DNA of 64,000 bases from a virus (taxonomy: Duplodnaviria; Heunggongvirae; Uroviricota; Caudoviricetes): IMG/VR virus record IMGVR_UViG_3300042673_001280; one strand, given 5' to 3'. The notes below the pieces were generated by a model. The model saw only the letters and a list, made by a program, of their open reading frames with translations, searched no databases and was not told the origin of the DNA. Each line of letters opens with the position of its first letter. The stretch's first letter is position 1. Below, one piece after another: positions 21,401 through 29,053 of the stretch. The translations under genes were made by a program, and so were the position numbers.

Positions 21401-23922
21401 CGTTCTAATATATCTTTAATTGTTAATATGTTAGTATGTATTGAATTGACTGCGTTAATACCATTTATTAACGTATCGTTTCTATATTGTCTAACTGATT
21501 GTTGGTATTGTTTAGTAATTGAATCATTTTCAACAATTTTTTCTGCTAACTCACCTACCTGTGCAATTGCAGCCGCACATGCAGCACGATTAACATTTGA
21601 AACATTATTGCTAATATTAATATCCCAAAATCTTCTACCTACATATACTGATTGACTATTACCAGAATACATTAAGTCATATGCTAAACTCCAAATAATA
21701 TACTTAACATCTCGCATGCATAACTCTCTGTCATAAGTAACATCTGAATATTCTGCACTTAAAAATGCAATAATTTCAGCTTGTACAAATGGAATATTTG
21801 CTAACAACAAATCCTTTGCACTCGATCTTCCAACAGTATCATAACTGCTTATTGCTGCCGGAGCATATACTTTTGGCATAACTACTGCAGGTAATACACT
21901 ATCAGTTACAATTTTACTAATAATTGCTGCATTAGATCTAAATGATGCTTTTGCAGTATTATTAAGATCAGGTCTTAATAATAACATATTAATTAAATTT
22001 TTACGATCAAACGACCCATTAGACACGATATAAGTATCAGAAGCTAATGCTGAACTATTAAATATTTTAATTTCGTAATTAGAAGAAACTTGCACTTCAT
22101 ATGATATTATTACATCATCTTCAACAGATGTTAACGAAAACGGATCTCCACCAGTTGTTTCAGGAGTAAATGTGCCGTTAATTAAAATATGACTATATGG
22201 AGGAAATACATTAGAAATTTGAGTTGCAAATTTTAAAGTAATGTATTCAGCAGTAACTGCTACCGATTTAATGCTAATTGGATTAATTGTTAACATTGAT
22301 TCTAACTGAGTAGCATTTAAATTAGTTCCTGCGTTAGAAAATGCAATACCGGCCTGAATACTTTGGTAATTTGATTTATATATTAAGTCGTATCCTAACG
22401 AATTGATAACCTGGATTATATATGCTGATAACTCTGTAGTTGCATACGATAATTCAAGTAACTGTTTTTTAATAAATTCGATAGTTGACAACCATTGAAT
22501 CAACCCTTCATTAGTATTATTGCGATGTAAATACGAAATTGCAGCCCACTGTGAATTAAAATTTGTACCAGGAATACCTGTGATATCAAAATGTTCAGTG
22601 TTTACATTTTCAGTTCCGTTAGCGCCTAACCACAAGTCAGTTGCAATTGCAGTTAGCAATGATGAGTCGTGGTCAGTAGCAGTAAGCTTTAACGACGAGA
22701 TTTGTTTTCTAAAAGTAGTATCATCATATTCAAATTTATTAACATATTTTTTATTAATATATGCAATAGTTTCTGCTTGAATAAACGCTCGGTTTGCTTG
22801 CAATATGTTAAATGCAGCAATCATTCCTGCACTGTTATTATTATTTTCTACATTATTGACAGTATTTCCGCCTGTTAGTGCAACTGTTTGAATTGTAGAA
22901 AACGTTTGATCCGGCCCATCCGTCCATGATATACGTTGTTTATATGGTCCAGGCTCTTGGCTAGCTAACGAGATTAAAGACTCAGCGTGTAGCAGTGCTG
23001 CACCGATTGATCTAAACGCATAGTTCCAATATCTACCTTCGCGCCCTGCAGGTGTTTTAAGCTGAAGATCGTCGCCACTTGACGCTACATACAAATTAAC
23101 ATTACTTGAAAATGTTTTATTATCAACATAGAATGCAGTAGCTGCTTGTAAATCTTCTTTACTAGATGCACCAATTGTACCAGCTAAATTGTTAGGATGA
23201 TCATGCAAGTATAATGGGCCACGCATTGTATCTCCGCCGCGATATACTGCATCAACACGCGGCAATACTTCATTTGACAAATAATTACCAGTTAGGGTTG
23301 GATCATAATTAGGATTGCCAATAGGCGGCAAAGTAGGTTCGTCTCTTGCTTTTACTGGTCCTGGTACAATAATACCGTTTGCATCAGGTATACCTACGAT
23401 GCCATCTTCAGTTAACCTAACATAATTTGTATTAGCAAATCCAACAGTTACTGGTAGTTGATCCAATGTCGTTTGATCATCATGAACTAAGTTAAAATCT
23501 CTAACAGCTTGATCACTAGGCGATACTAATCGACCAATAGTAAATAACCCTGCATTTAACGGAGCTCCTAATGTTGGAAACTCTTCATTAACTAATTGTG
23601 CATCACTTCTTAATGAAATAACAATTGCGTCAAGTCCTGGATCAGATGGAGAATCTTGAATAATTCTCTGTTCAATTCGTATACCTGCACCTTCAACAAA
23701 TGATTTTGCAGTTAACCCGCCACTGCTGCTACCTACAATAATTTGCCCAATACCGTAGTCACACCCGTCGGATAAATCACTAAATCCAATAGTACCCTCA
23801 CCGCCTTTAAAGATACTATAAATTTCATTAAAATTGTCATTAACTTTACGAAACGAGTCGCGTATACTGTCGCCAGTACCGTCGTTTCCTTGAGCACCAA
23901 TGTCGATTATCTGTTTTGTCAT
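12415..23922 (-). CDS. giant virion/fibre-like structural protein (3835 aa)
   Basis: Uninterrupted 11.5-kb ORF. N-terminus (IDIGAQGNDGTGDSIRDSFRKVNDNF) resembles the conserved N-terminal motif of many phage fibre/spike proteins. Asn/Thr/Ser/Gly-rich beta-type composition. No catalytic motif recognised. Confidence 0.6.
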   Translation of the reverse strand: MTKQIIDIGAQGNDGTGDSIRDSFRKVNDNFNEIYSIFKGGEGTIGFSDLSDGCDYGIGQIIVGSSSGGLTAKSFVEGAGIRIEQRIIQDSPSDPGLDAIVISLRSDAQLVNEEFPTLGAPLNAGLFTIGRLVSPSDQAVRDFNLVHDDQTTLDQLPVTVGFANTNYVRLTEDGIVGIPDANGIIVPGPVKARDEPTLPPIGNPNYDPTLTGNYLSNEVLPRVDAVYRGGDTMRGPLYLHDHPNNLAGTIGASSKEDLQAATAFYVDNKTFSSNVNLYVASSGDDLQLKTPAGREGRYWNYAFRSIGAALLHAESLISLASQEPGPYKQRISWTDGPDQTFSTIQTVALTGGNTVNNVENNNNSAGMIAAFNILQANRAFIQAETIAYINKKYVNKFEYDDTTFRKQISSLKLTATDHDSSLLTAIATDLWLGANGTENVNTEHFDITGIPGTNFNSQWAAISYLHRNNTNEGLIQWLSTIEFIKKQLLELSYATTELSAYIIQVINSLGYDLIYKSNYQSIQAGIAFSNAGTNLNATQLESMLTINPISIKSVAVTAEYITLKFATQISNVFPPYSHILINGTFTPETTGGDPFSLTSVEDDVIISYEVQVSSNYEIKIFNSSALASDTYIVSNGSFDRKNLINMLLLRPDLNNTAKASFRSNAAIISKIVTDSVLPAVVMPKVYAPAAISSYDTVGRSSAKDLLLANIPFVQAEIIAFLSAEYSDVTYDRELCMRDVKYIIWSLAYDLMYSGNSQSVYVGRRFWDINISNNVSNVNRAACAAAIAQVGELAEKIVENDSITKQYQQSVRQYRNDTLINGINAVNSIHTNILTIKDILERNTTPAIQLPNSAAGTPDLITFFTALELDKSIYTVGTNSDVTTTASWYMDHFYPVINDPNYLERINALFVEIDTIIKSGELPTELPRYPDINVEVNSYVTGGTTQPLPNGWIRNARNRLDNAAITSIINDVNSYLDIDESITDVDVLAILAVDLRKLIISVCYDITYGGTAASVAAAHQMTIVSTPAITKTVISKTSLYARTIVNGHSDDDDTNATSTLIGTKFTAAATAIDNDLYMGIPVDDTIFTGGTYIDAISLKVIINNNAEVIENTSIDYVNTAFGGGFNYDESLCYRDIGLIVDAAAIDIITGGNWQSITAGKSFYKNSSAKSVAIGTHYVQSFDGIAFAKNLGIEVLTGYTAVRYQQAETQLTAFSSTAILPSSSIGVVGSYLSEISDEATAIFTDSLDSVLDIIRYGVSFAATPSHGTAIWNIDIDNGGKGYVDQGAPKSNDIFPAKIIVGVGRVSTNLTASGAYASIVKYTPEISTGKDRIQVRLTKPGFFKVGEELEFGETVRDLNLSVFIESGIYYEDFPLKIPANVSVRGDEMRRTLIRPIDRESQSPWRRVFFYRDAIIDALEVGLIDYASNSAPLVSLGITATLDGVSGKIIITLSNNYQALLSWVGKVFTDNVIPAGGNKKRGKAVIDSVSGNTMNCTVIYPFETAFTKLAGNWFLFDTINYGRHYLTNPLDVTSPAKNNKEIDVFLCNEGNRIIGVTFQGQGGFAMVLDPEGNIKTKSPYIQECSSFSQSNNYKRFAGGQYIDGFAGRVYGTIKEITDLGLTIKVQGTTSAVGTYVSGGRLSTTMVVNNIVNIVGLKPGVKITGTGFESRQYVVSVTLPVAPSTNATVVLSAVADSTPSGKIVFGQSSGLDVRPPQPPCSFYVRGKRYQIDDIVEFNAATQTVTLTLDTTTPYMYNPISNNLVYDEVKARRDAGYVIDAVVTDAILGTNYRAIHAGRAFLRLSSSLLIGELQGLTKAGIEKSIELANAEIPGLTLSSTLITSMLVNGVSATLDFVWASKTLNENKARDILQINKPFIKAEITAYISDNYVLSTLPNYNRQKSERDVGYLVDAITYDIFYGGNSQTVDYATSLFSKNNSNLYESVLLDGDVQSVCQTAYIRLRNILTSIVKGVEVTPTRGNKENQIQTLAADSTFDLTLTTLVNIVIDYVNSNPNVASTLPTVEWPTLPSNVNTTAYTGLDITGPTGIAKQVTDFLNNGADLTINLETGGNRSMLANDFAMFNDLGYGIVASNGAFTEQVCTFTYYAHTGFWANNGSNLRGVGCSNTFGNYGMRASGFDVTELPDSANLANHMLQTAKVYKQGETINEMVPTATTPAVAVWVHAYEYIPTTGSGLEIDHSANGGIITNYIITSVEYTTVRVNNIIVIKLNLSTSGDNNTASSGLAKALYDGQVVSIRVLKNVKFNNIDNVKPTRPSTALQYNDNLNDVYRIVAYNLAESTGELLDPNIAILQSDNSFAYYNIMIDPTNIINGDPSNTITATVVSGSTSSTTIVVNNVAAGTTIAVGQTIVGIGFAGQIVQSVVAKTGVDAGKFEIVLTTVEPSLEAAPSVTPSGEVSFTNATQGYKVSDTKLAVIPITQIAVIDQLNKQTYITAWNGRIHQILQYVQPTAAVSRTCTSYVGNILTVSGTVGTINISDYFVVKNGTTITLTGYVDNVVINSEDPAIAVVTVRDTVGTAINNYSVTFGSTRNGYIEISSVPITNNSADDYTLPAMSYHSKALQDGSVVATVVTFDVPYNKDNVLPKVDGYLNIAVNDNALSDYNGSYQVVGVLDQTTLTISSTNGFKVGMVVTSAVESISGVGAIIQEVDIPNHTITVSPSCWVPAGSQIRASTAANVKTITVVNGGLGYPDGTTITIDGGGYTKQAKAVCKIVDTKIVEIKIVYRGSGYINIPDLNLHLPDELQPITPADLSVELSTPVYVDTTASEGVSVNRITVLYPTDPVESVNPGAEILGTTSTVLTSPLPTSSTNATGYSVTFQFNARATTLADNSWLKVEGNINALYNGFVRVISATATSATVFYPYNPGVFDIVDPTLITDTLASGTSSNLGISKPFSRSSSYTLKIGHQSNSLAQVTTRISTCRATGHDFCDIGTGGYSTTNIPYSIYGDPALPRNASRETLDEGVGRCFYVSTNQDGIFRVGRFFSVDQGTGTVTFSAKISLSNIEGFGFSRGVVVNEFSSDSSLTNNAADTVPVQSAVRGYIDKRLGLDHGGSAVPFSTWIGPGFLPLNGSLVMSGDLSMGNNAITNLKTPSLEPDIESKDAATKGYVDRLIASNNAISELGDVSITSATLVDAQLLVQRNTGLLGPNKWINSTLTGDVTIAYVVVGSTATLTSTIGAAKIVNSMVSLTAEIDQSKLNLVKAVARAASTNLQSDLGVSTYNSAVFKSTNGWIDLETGTSANGIDISKIKHVAAKKMLGNYTNATGAVTEVSTGDIVLDGDGIKNATFTSVGVMTVKTVVSSKATAYEVVPYTQVGGASSIVQTDTNGVINVKGLKVDGYTIIDTYNVDDTNPNRQVKFTTPGNVDFIVASGGAASSTNVAITGTLDVTAATSVLKSKTLSTGDATIEGTITGKWALSTNSRIDLTLGSSIMSATGITATATRPTIRPSVMFDFANSKTLDPRITFSRTSIATYYNSTGLLVVADPNCARFDHDPITRESKGLLLEEARTNYLTRSESFSSWTYPLMTRATSNTLTPYGIGFAYQFTANAANAELVFNDSTTGSGFKTFSIWIKRVTGVGAISYKFSTSMNWTVIDESTYDISSLVRLSFTESPPTNKISLQFASTDTTVVLWGAQLEDGKYMTSYIPTLEAPVLRTVEDVNVTGTNFSSWYSKTQGTMVLSHTALGINDGFADYGGARIQTSPAVTSYIEVGCNSASGSIVYNSVCKTNTSTVQFDFAGYTTSTLNTIVTHAVSYGLNPATSPATYTFNNQPAAVDDSNFAAPIDVNMLKFGNGVGTQYITKFTYYAKQLSGNELLVLTMQ

Positions 23923-24002
23923 ATTAAGTTACACCCCTTATGTGAACATGTTGTTTTACGATATTTATCAAAAAAATTTTATAATCTTAATGTAAATACA
24001 AT

Positions 24003-24290
24003 ATGATTATCTCTACTCAATACATTACTACTGAATATACTCGTACTAGCAAATTAGGAGTTAACCATACATATATTCGAAAGAAAACTATTATTATGTT
24101 AAGATGCGACTGTTGCGGTTTGGAATTTAATAGATCTAAAGGATCAATGGCGCCTGCACGATTATCTAATCAAGTATACCATGTATGTAACATGTGTGAT
24201 GTAAAAGCGTTTGCACAGTCAAAAGGAGTTGAGACTAGAAATGTTTGGAATATGCCAGTTAGTAGTCTTAAGAATCTAACCAAATTATAA
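24003..24290 (+). CDS. small zinc-ribbon protein. The true start may be the internal Met at ~24096.
   Basis: CDCCG ... CNMCD four-Cys pattern. Confidence 0.4.
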   Translation: MIISTQYITTEYTRTSKLGVNHTYIRKKTIIMLRCDCCGLEFNRSKGSMAPARLSNQVYHVCNMCDVKAFAQSKGVETRNVWNMPVSSLKNLTKL

Positions 24291-24293
24291 ATA
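24286..24293 (+). promoter_or_regulatory. T4-type late promoter octamer TATAAATA
   Basis: Exact TATAAATA 16 nt upstream of the ATG at 24310, followed by a GGAG SD. Confidence 0.5.
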
Positions 24294-24309
24294 TGAAAAA
24301 GGAGATATT

Positions 24310-24654
24310 ATGTTTGAATTTATTAAATCATTATTTAGAAAAAATCGTCCTGAGGAGACTAACGCCGCATCAAAATGCCCGTTCCTTGGACATTCGTCAT
24401 ATACTGATGAAGAGGAAGTTGAGCCAGTTACTGTAATACCGGCTAAACCAAAAACAACTAAACCAAAAAAACTAAAAATAGTCGAACCTGCTGCTGAAAT
24501 TATTAATGTTACTCCGGCAATTGCAAAGGGTGTTAAACCGGCTGCTAAAAAAACTAAGAAACCTACAGTTAAAGCTGAGCCTGCAAATATTGTTCAATTT
24601 GTGCAACCTGCACCAGCTAAGAAAAAAGGTCGTCCTAAGAAAGACAAAGTATAA
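24310..24654 (+). CDS. Lys/Pro/Ala-rich basic protein with an AT-hook-like GRPKK motif (histone-like / DNA-binding)
   Basis: Composition and the KKKGRPKKDK C-terminus. Sits directly behind the late promoter. Confidence 0.45.
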   Translation: MFEFIKSLFRKNRPEETNAASKCPFLGHSSYTDEEEVEPVTVIPAKPKTTKPKKLKIVEPAAEIINVTPAIAKGVKPAAKKTKKPTVKAEPANIVQFVQPAPAKKKGRPKKDKV

Positions 24655-24656
24655 CA

Positions 24657-24689
24657 TTGCAAACTTTGCACAACTATGATATTATAATG
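24657..24689 (+). promoter_or_regulatory. candidate sigma70 promoter (TTGCCA-18-TATTAT)
   Basis: Immediately downstream of the stop at 24654. Together with the terminator at 24811 it delimits a ~130-nt transcription unit. Confidence 0.35.
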
Positions 24690-24715
24690 CTTTATATAAC
24701 TAAGAGGTGCTACTG

Positions 24716-24811
24716 TGAAAAAAATTGGCTTTGCTTGCAAGTATGTTGACAGAACTAAAACCGGGTTTGAACTGTTTGACCAGTATAAAGAAGAATTTAT
24801 GTAATCAATAA
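24716..24811 (+). CDS. candidate 31-aa micro-ORF (GTG start; VKKLALLASMLTELKPGLNCLTSIKKNLCNQ). Alternatively the unit is a small non-coding RNA.
   Basis: AAGAGG SD 7 nt before the GTG. Bounded by the promoter and the bidirectional terminator. Confidence 0.2.
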
Positions 24812-24837
24812 AAAAGGCAGCCTAAGCTGCCTTTTTT
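24811..24837. terminator. bidirectional rho-independent terminator
   Basis: aaaaa-GGCAGC-ctaa-GCTGCC-tttttt. Abuts the queD stop on the minus strand. Confidence 0.8.
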
Positions 24838-24838
24838 A

Positions 24839-25372
24839 TTATCCTGTATATCTACAATGGCTCTTCTTTGTTTCCCACAGCTCAACTGCAGTAACCTTTG
24901 CTACATCACCAATGCGTGATTGTGCATATTCAAACAAATACTTACAGATGTTTTCACTAGTTGGTACAAAATCTACTAGTACAAAACTGTTATAATGTAA
25001 CTGCTCACCTTCAGTTAATCCGACCCAGTTGCAAGTTCCTAAGTTAGTAAAGTTTGCAAATGGGTGTTCTGAATTCCTCCATTCGTTACCTGTAATTAAC
25101 TTAAAGTTTGGATCATTAATATCAATCATAAACTTATGATCTAGCACATCATCTACAAATTGTTTCATAAAGTTTAAATTCTTAAAGTCTGTAACCATTT
25201 CTGAATGATCTAAAGTATCAGAACCTAAAAATACTTTAATTGAATAGCTGTGTCCGTGTAAATGCTTGCAGGCACAGTCAGTTGAAATACTTAACTCAAC
25301 ATGATTTAATTTTTGTGCCCATACTCTGTGTCCCATTTCAAAATGAAACTCTTTATCTATTTCCCATTTCAT
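24839..25372 (-). CDS. queD: 6-carboxy-5,6,7,8-tetrahydropterin synthase (QueD/PTPS family)
   Basis: FHFEMGHRV, CACKHLHGHSYSIKV (Cx5HGH zinc motif) and LDHKFMID align with the three QueD signature blocks. It has a ~50-aa C-terminal extension relative to E. coli QueD. Confidence 0.8.
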   Translation of the reverse strand: MKWEIDKEFHFEMGHRVWAQKLNHVELSISTDCACKHLHGHSYSIKVFLGSDTLDHSEMVTDFKNLNFMKQFVDDVLDHKFMIDINDPNFKLITGNEWRNSEHPFANFTNLGTCNWVGLTEGEQLHYNSFVLVDFVPTSENICKYLFEYAQSRIGDVAKVTAVELWETKKSHCRYTG

Positions 25373-25399
25373 ATAATTGCCTGTCTATTAAAAAGCTAT

Positions 25400-25428
25400 A
25401 TTATATAATCATTGCTTCAAGAAGTCAA
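25400..25428 (-). promoter_or_regulatory. near-consensus sigma70 promoter (TTGACT-17-TATAAT) for queD
   Basis: Reverse complement of 25400-25428 gives TTGACT, a 17-nt spacer and TATAAT, 28 nt upstream of the queD ATG. Confidence 0.6.
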
Positions 25429-25429
25429 C

Positions 25430-25819
25430 CTACTTCTTCATATCAGCACAACTATCTACTGCTGGACAATCGTTGCATATGTTGCCAGCTGTTTCTTTAC
25501 AATTCACAATAATCCTTATTTGGTCAAGATCTGATGTAATCTCAGTTAATATTTGATATTCAGAATGCACAGCCCTGACTATTTTACCAATTGCACTAAC
25601 TGTCCAATACCACCAATTTATACTAACTATTAAACTAACCGAAATAATTCCCCACCAAATTAAATTATTATCAAGACTAGAAAGATAAAACCAACTAATA
25701 ATCATACCAATAACTGCTACTACTACTAACGAACTAGCATATAACCATAATCTACGCTGACGATAGATCACTTCTAACTCGTCAGTATGGTCTTTAATTT
25801 TTCTAGTATTGTCGTCCAT
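25430..25819 (-). CDS. membrane protein (3 TM helices) with a C-terminal CxxC...C cluster
   Basis: Hydrophobic helices plus a CNDCPAVDSC tail. Confidence 0.45.
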   Translation of the reverse strand: MDDNTRKIKDHTDELEVIYRQRRLWLYASSLVVVAVIGMIISWFYLSSLDNNLIWWGIISVSLIVSINWWYWTVSAIGKIVRAVHSEYQILTEITSDLDQIRIIVNCKETAGNICNDCPAVDSCADMKK

Positions 25820-25869
25820 TCAATATCCTTAAATTATATACTTCAATTATATTTATGCATCTATCAATG

Positions 25870-25877
25870 TATAAATA
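25870..25877 (+). promoter_or_regulatory. T4-type late promoter TATAAATA
   Basis: Exact octamer 18 nt upstream of the ATG at 25896. Confidence 0.5.
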
Positions 25878-25895
25878 CTACACACGAGAACGATT

Positions 25896-28208
25896 ATGTC
25901 ATTAACTGTCTGGAACAAACAATCTGGCCTGCTTGCAACTATCCAAGAAGGCAACGCTATTAATATTCAATTGCCGGCTAATCATCATAGCAATATTCAT
26001 TATGCTATTATTTCTGGTAAGTTACCACCAGGTACTTGGATTGATAAAAATTATATAAAAGGAACACCGTACGAAGTTTCAAGAGAAACTACTTTCTCAT
26101 TTTGCATCCGTGCGTCTCAACAAAATTATGGAATTTCAGATCGAACATTTTCACTAATAGTCAACGGGGCAGATGCTCCTGTTATTGTAACACCAACTGG
26201 ATTGCTTGATATTGGACCTAAAAAACAATTATATGTTATAGATAATACATTTGTTAACTATCAAATTCGTGCAATAGATTCTGATACTAGTACTGGTCAA
26301 AAACTAACCTACTATATAGATCCAGCGTACGGCATACTACCGCCTGGGTTATCTCTTACTAAAGATGGAATAATATACGGTGTAGTTGATGCAGTAACAT
26401 CGTTAACTCCAAATGACGGCACAGGTGCCTACGACAACGGTTTATTTGACGTTTCACCGTACGACTTTGCAAATATTCAACAACAAAATGGATTTGACGT
26501 ATATCCATACGACAAACCAGGTTACGATTTTACAATTACATTAAAACCTAAAAAACTAAACCGACATTATCGATTTAGAGTATTTGTAACTGATAGTGAG
26601 ACAGCAACACCTCCAAGTAGAGAATTTGAAATATTTGTAGTAACTGATTCATTTTTTAGAGCAGATGCAGACGCACTTATTTCTGATTTAAAACCGTTTA
26701 CTGCCGATGTAACGTATTTGTCGCAGCCAATCTGGATAACACAATCTAACTTAGGTATATATCGTGCAAATAATTATATTACGTTAATGTTAGATGTATA
26801 TGATACAGGATTAATATACTACACATTAGGAAATACTACTACTAGATGGGCCGCTAATACAGTGTATCTAGTGGACGATTTAATTTATGAAACTCCTAAA
26901 ATATCTTATATTTGTAGAGTTGCTCACACATCTGGAAGTTCATTAAATTTAGCTAACTGGGCAAGATACGGATTGCCGCCTGGCATGGAATTTGATGACA
27001 AAACCGGTGAAGTATTTGGTAAAGTGCCGGCCCAACCTGCAGTAACTACTACCTACACTTTTTCAGTAACTGCTACACGGCACGGCGATGAAGATACTAC
27101 TGAGATTGCAAAAACATTAAAAACATTTACTGTTAGTATTATTGGTGAGATCGAAAGTGCAATATCATGGGTAACGCCGTCCGAGTTAGGAACAATTGAT
27201 GCAGGATACGCATCGTCGTTGTTTGTTCGTGCAAATAGTAGTTACTACAATGCAGTTGTTACTCACACTATTATTGACGGTAACTTACCGCCCGGACTGT
27301 CGTTAATGAGCGACGGTGAGATTGTTGGAGTTATATCTCAATTCTCAACTTCAATTGCGTTTGATCGAAATACTACTACGTTTACATCTACAACATTTGA
27401 TCAAACTAATAAAACTTATGGGTTAACTACATTTTCAAACAACTATGCTAGTAAAACTAGAACTACGTTTGATAACAATACTACGTCATTTAATCGTAAA
27501 TTTACATTTACAGTTAAGGCATCTGACCAATCATACTATAGTGCAACTGAACGCACCTTTACTATAACTGTTAAAACTCCTAATTTAATTCCATACAGTA
27601 ATATTAGAGTACAACCGTTCCTTAGTCCTAATCATGTTACATTATGGAAAACATTTATTACCTCAAACGTTTTTAACATCGATGACATTTATAGACCGTA
27701 TGACCCTGCATTTGGAATTCAAGATAACCTATCAATGCTTATCTTTGAAGGTATTGAAACTCGCAGTTATGGATCATATATATTAGGGTTTAATCATAAA
27801 ACTAAACACTTTCGATTTGGTAATATTAAAAAAGCAGCTGCAATCTTACCTGGAACTAAAACTGCATTATACGAAGTAGTGTATATTGAAATGATTGAAA
27901 CAACATTATCTAATAGTGTTGAAGAGTGGAGATACGAGTTTAGCAGTATTAGCCAACCTAAGTACGACTTTTTGCCATTATGGATGCGCTCTGTTCAACC
28001 TACTTACAGAAAAGAATTAGGATTTATTTTAGCAGTACCAATCTGTTTCTGTAAAGTCGGCACTGCAGACAACATAATGTTAAAAATTAAATATAGCGAT
28101 TTTGATTTTAAACTCATTGATTACCAAATTGATCGATTCATAATCAATGCCGTAACAGGATCACATACCGATAAATATATAATATTCGATAACAAGGAAA
28201 CACAATGA
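25896..28208 (+). CDS. virion structural protein with cadherin/Ig-like (LPPGLSL...DG.I.G) repeats, probably baseplate or fibre associated
   Basis: Three copies of the LPPGLSLT/MSDGEIVGV-type putative-Ig-domain motif. Late promoter upstream. Confidence 0.5.
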   Translation: MSLTVWNKQSGLLATIQEGNAINIQLPANHHSNIHYAIISGKLPPGTWIDKNYIKGTPYEVSRETTFSFCIRASQQNYGISDRTFSLIVNGADAPVIVTPTGLLDIGPKKQLYVIDNTFVNYQIRAIDSDTSTGQKLTYYIDPAYGILPPGLSLTKDGIIYGVVDAVTSLTPNDGTGAYDNGLFDVSPYDFANIQQQNGFDVYPYDKPGYDFTITLKPKKLNRHYRFRVFVTDSETATPPSREFEIFVVTDSFFRADADALISDLKPFTADVTYLSQPIWITQSNLGIYRANNYITLMLDVYDTGLIYYTLGNTTTRWAANTVYLVDDLIYETPKISYICRVAHTSGSSLNLANWARYGLPPGMEFDDKTGEVFGKVPAQPAVTTTYTFSVTATRHGDEDTTEIAKTLKTFTVSIIGEIESAISWVTPSELGTIDAGYASSLFVRANSSYYNAVVTHTIIDGNLPPGLSLMSDGEIVGVISQFSTSIAFDRNTTTFTSTTFDQTNKTYGLTTFSNNYASKTRTTFDNNTTSFNRKFTFTVKASDQSYYSATERTFTITVKTPNLIPYSNIRVQPFLSPNHVTLWKTFITSNVFNIDDIYRPYDPAFGIQDNLSMLIFEGIETRSYGSYILGFNHKTKHFRFGNIKKAAAILPGTKTALYEVVYIEMIETTLSNSVEEWRYEFSSISQPKYDFLPLWMRSVQPTYRKELGFILAVPICFCKVGTADNIMLKIKYSDFDFKLIDYQIDRFIINAVTGSHTDKYIIFDNKETQ

Positions 28209-28831
28209 CCACAAAAATCAATACATCTACAATTGATGAAACTTTTCCAATACCAGGAGAGGACAACGATACTTCGGGATTTCGAACTAACTTTGAACAA
28301 ATTAACATTCAACTAAACCAAGCCGGCACTGAAATTACTGAATTGCAAAATTATGCCATGCTATCCGGCACAATTGATAATAACACTACCCCGGTTACTA
28401 ACAACTTACGCAGTAGTACTATAACTAACGGAACATACGCAAATTTTCACGGAGCAGTAGTTAGTCAAAATAACGAATCTGGATCAATTGAAATTAACGT
28501 CGCTAATGGTAATTTTCAAGCATTGCGATTATCAGTTGACGCTACCCTGTCTTTTACAAATTGGCCAAATCCAACGTATTATTCATCACGGTATGCAACT
28601 GTTAGAATACACTTAACTACTAGCCCAACGGCTCCTTCGACTGGTGTAACCATTCTTGGTTACACAAGTGCAGGCGTAATTAACGCAACTGGTAGATTTA
28701 AGTCTACTAATTTTCCAACTGTGCATATTAACCCCGGTTCAACTGTAGTTATTGACGCATGGAGCCACAACGGCGGCAATACCTTTTTTCTAAACTACAT
28801 AGGTGAATTTAATGCATCCCCTGGTTCTTAA
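28205..28831 (+). CDS. structural (fibre/baseplate-like) protein
   Basis: Start overlaps the upstream stop. Thr/Asn/Ser-rich beta-type composition. Confidence 0.4.
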   Translation: MTTKINTSTIDETFPIPGEDNDTSGFRTNFEQINIQLNQAGTEITELQNYAMLSGTIDNNTTPVTNNLRSSTITNGTYANFHGAVVSQNNESGSIEINVANGNFQALRLSVDATLSFTNWPNPTYYSSRYATVRIHLTTSPTAPSTGVTILGYTSAGVINATGRFKSTNFPTVHINPGSTVVIDAWSHNGGNTFFLNYIGEFNASPGS

Positions 28832-29042
28832 TTTAGAGTCTCTTAAAAACGCTGAAATTGAATCTAAAATAAATGATTTAACTAAAAAATATTTTATGAC
28901 GTCAAACTACGATGTGCAAAGTCAAATTGCAGCAGTGTTAGATGTTTACAAAGAAGAGCTGTCTACTCGACAACGTGCAGAATGGCAAAAAACTATGGAA
29001 TCTCGCGATAAAGGACTTGACAAACTCATAAATGTAAGTTAA
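28803..29042 (+). CDS. hypothetical small protein
   Basis: ORF only. Confidence 0.3.
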   Translation: MNLMHPLVLNLESLKNAEIESKINDLTKKYFMTSNYDVQSQIAAVLDVYKEELSTRQRAEWQKTMESRDKGLDKLINVS

Positions 29043-29053
29043 AATATACACAT

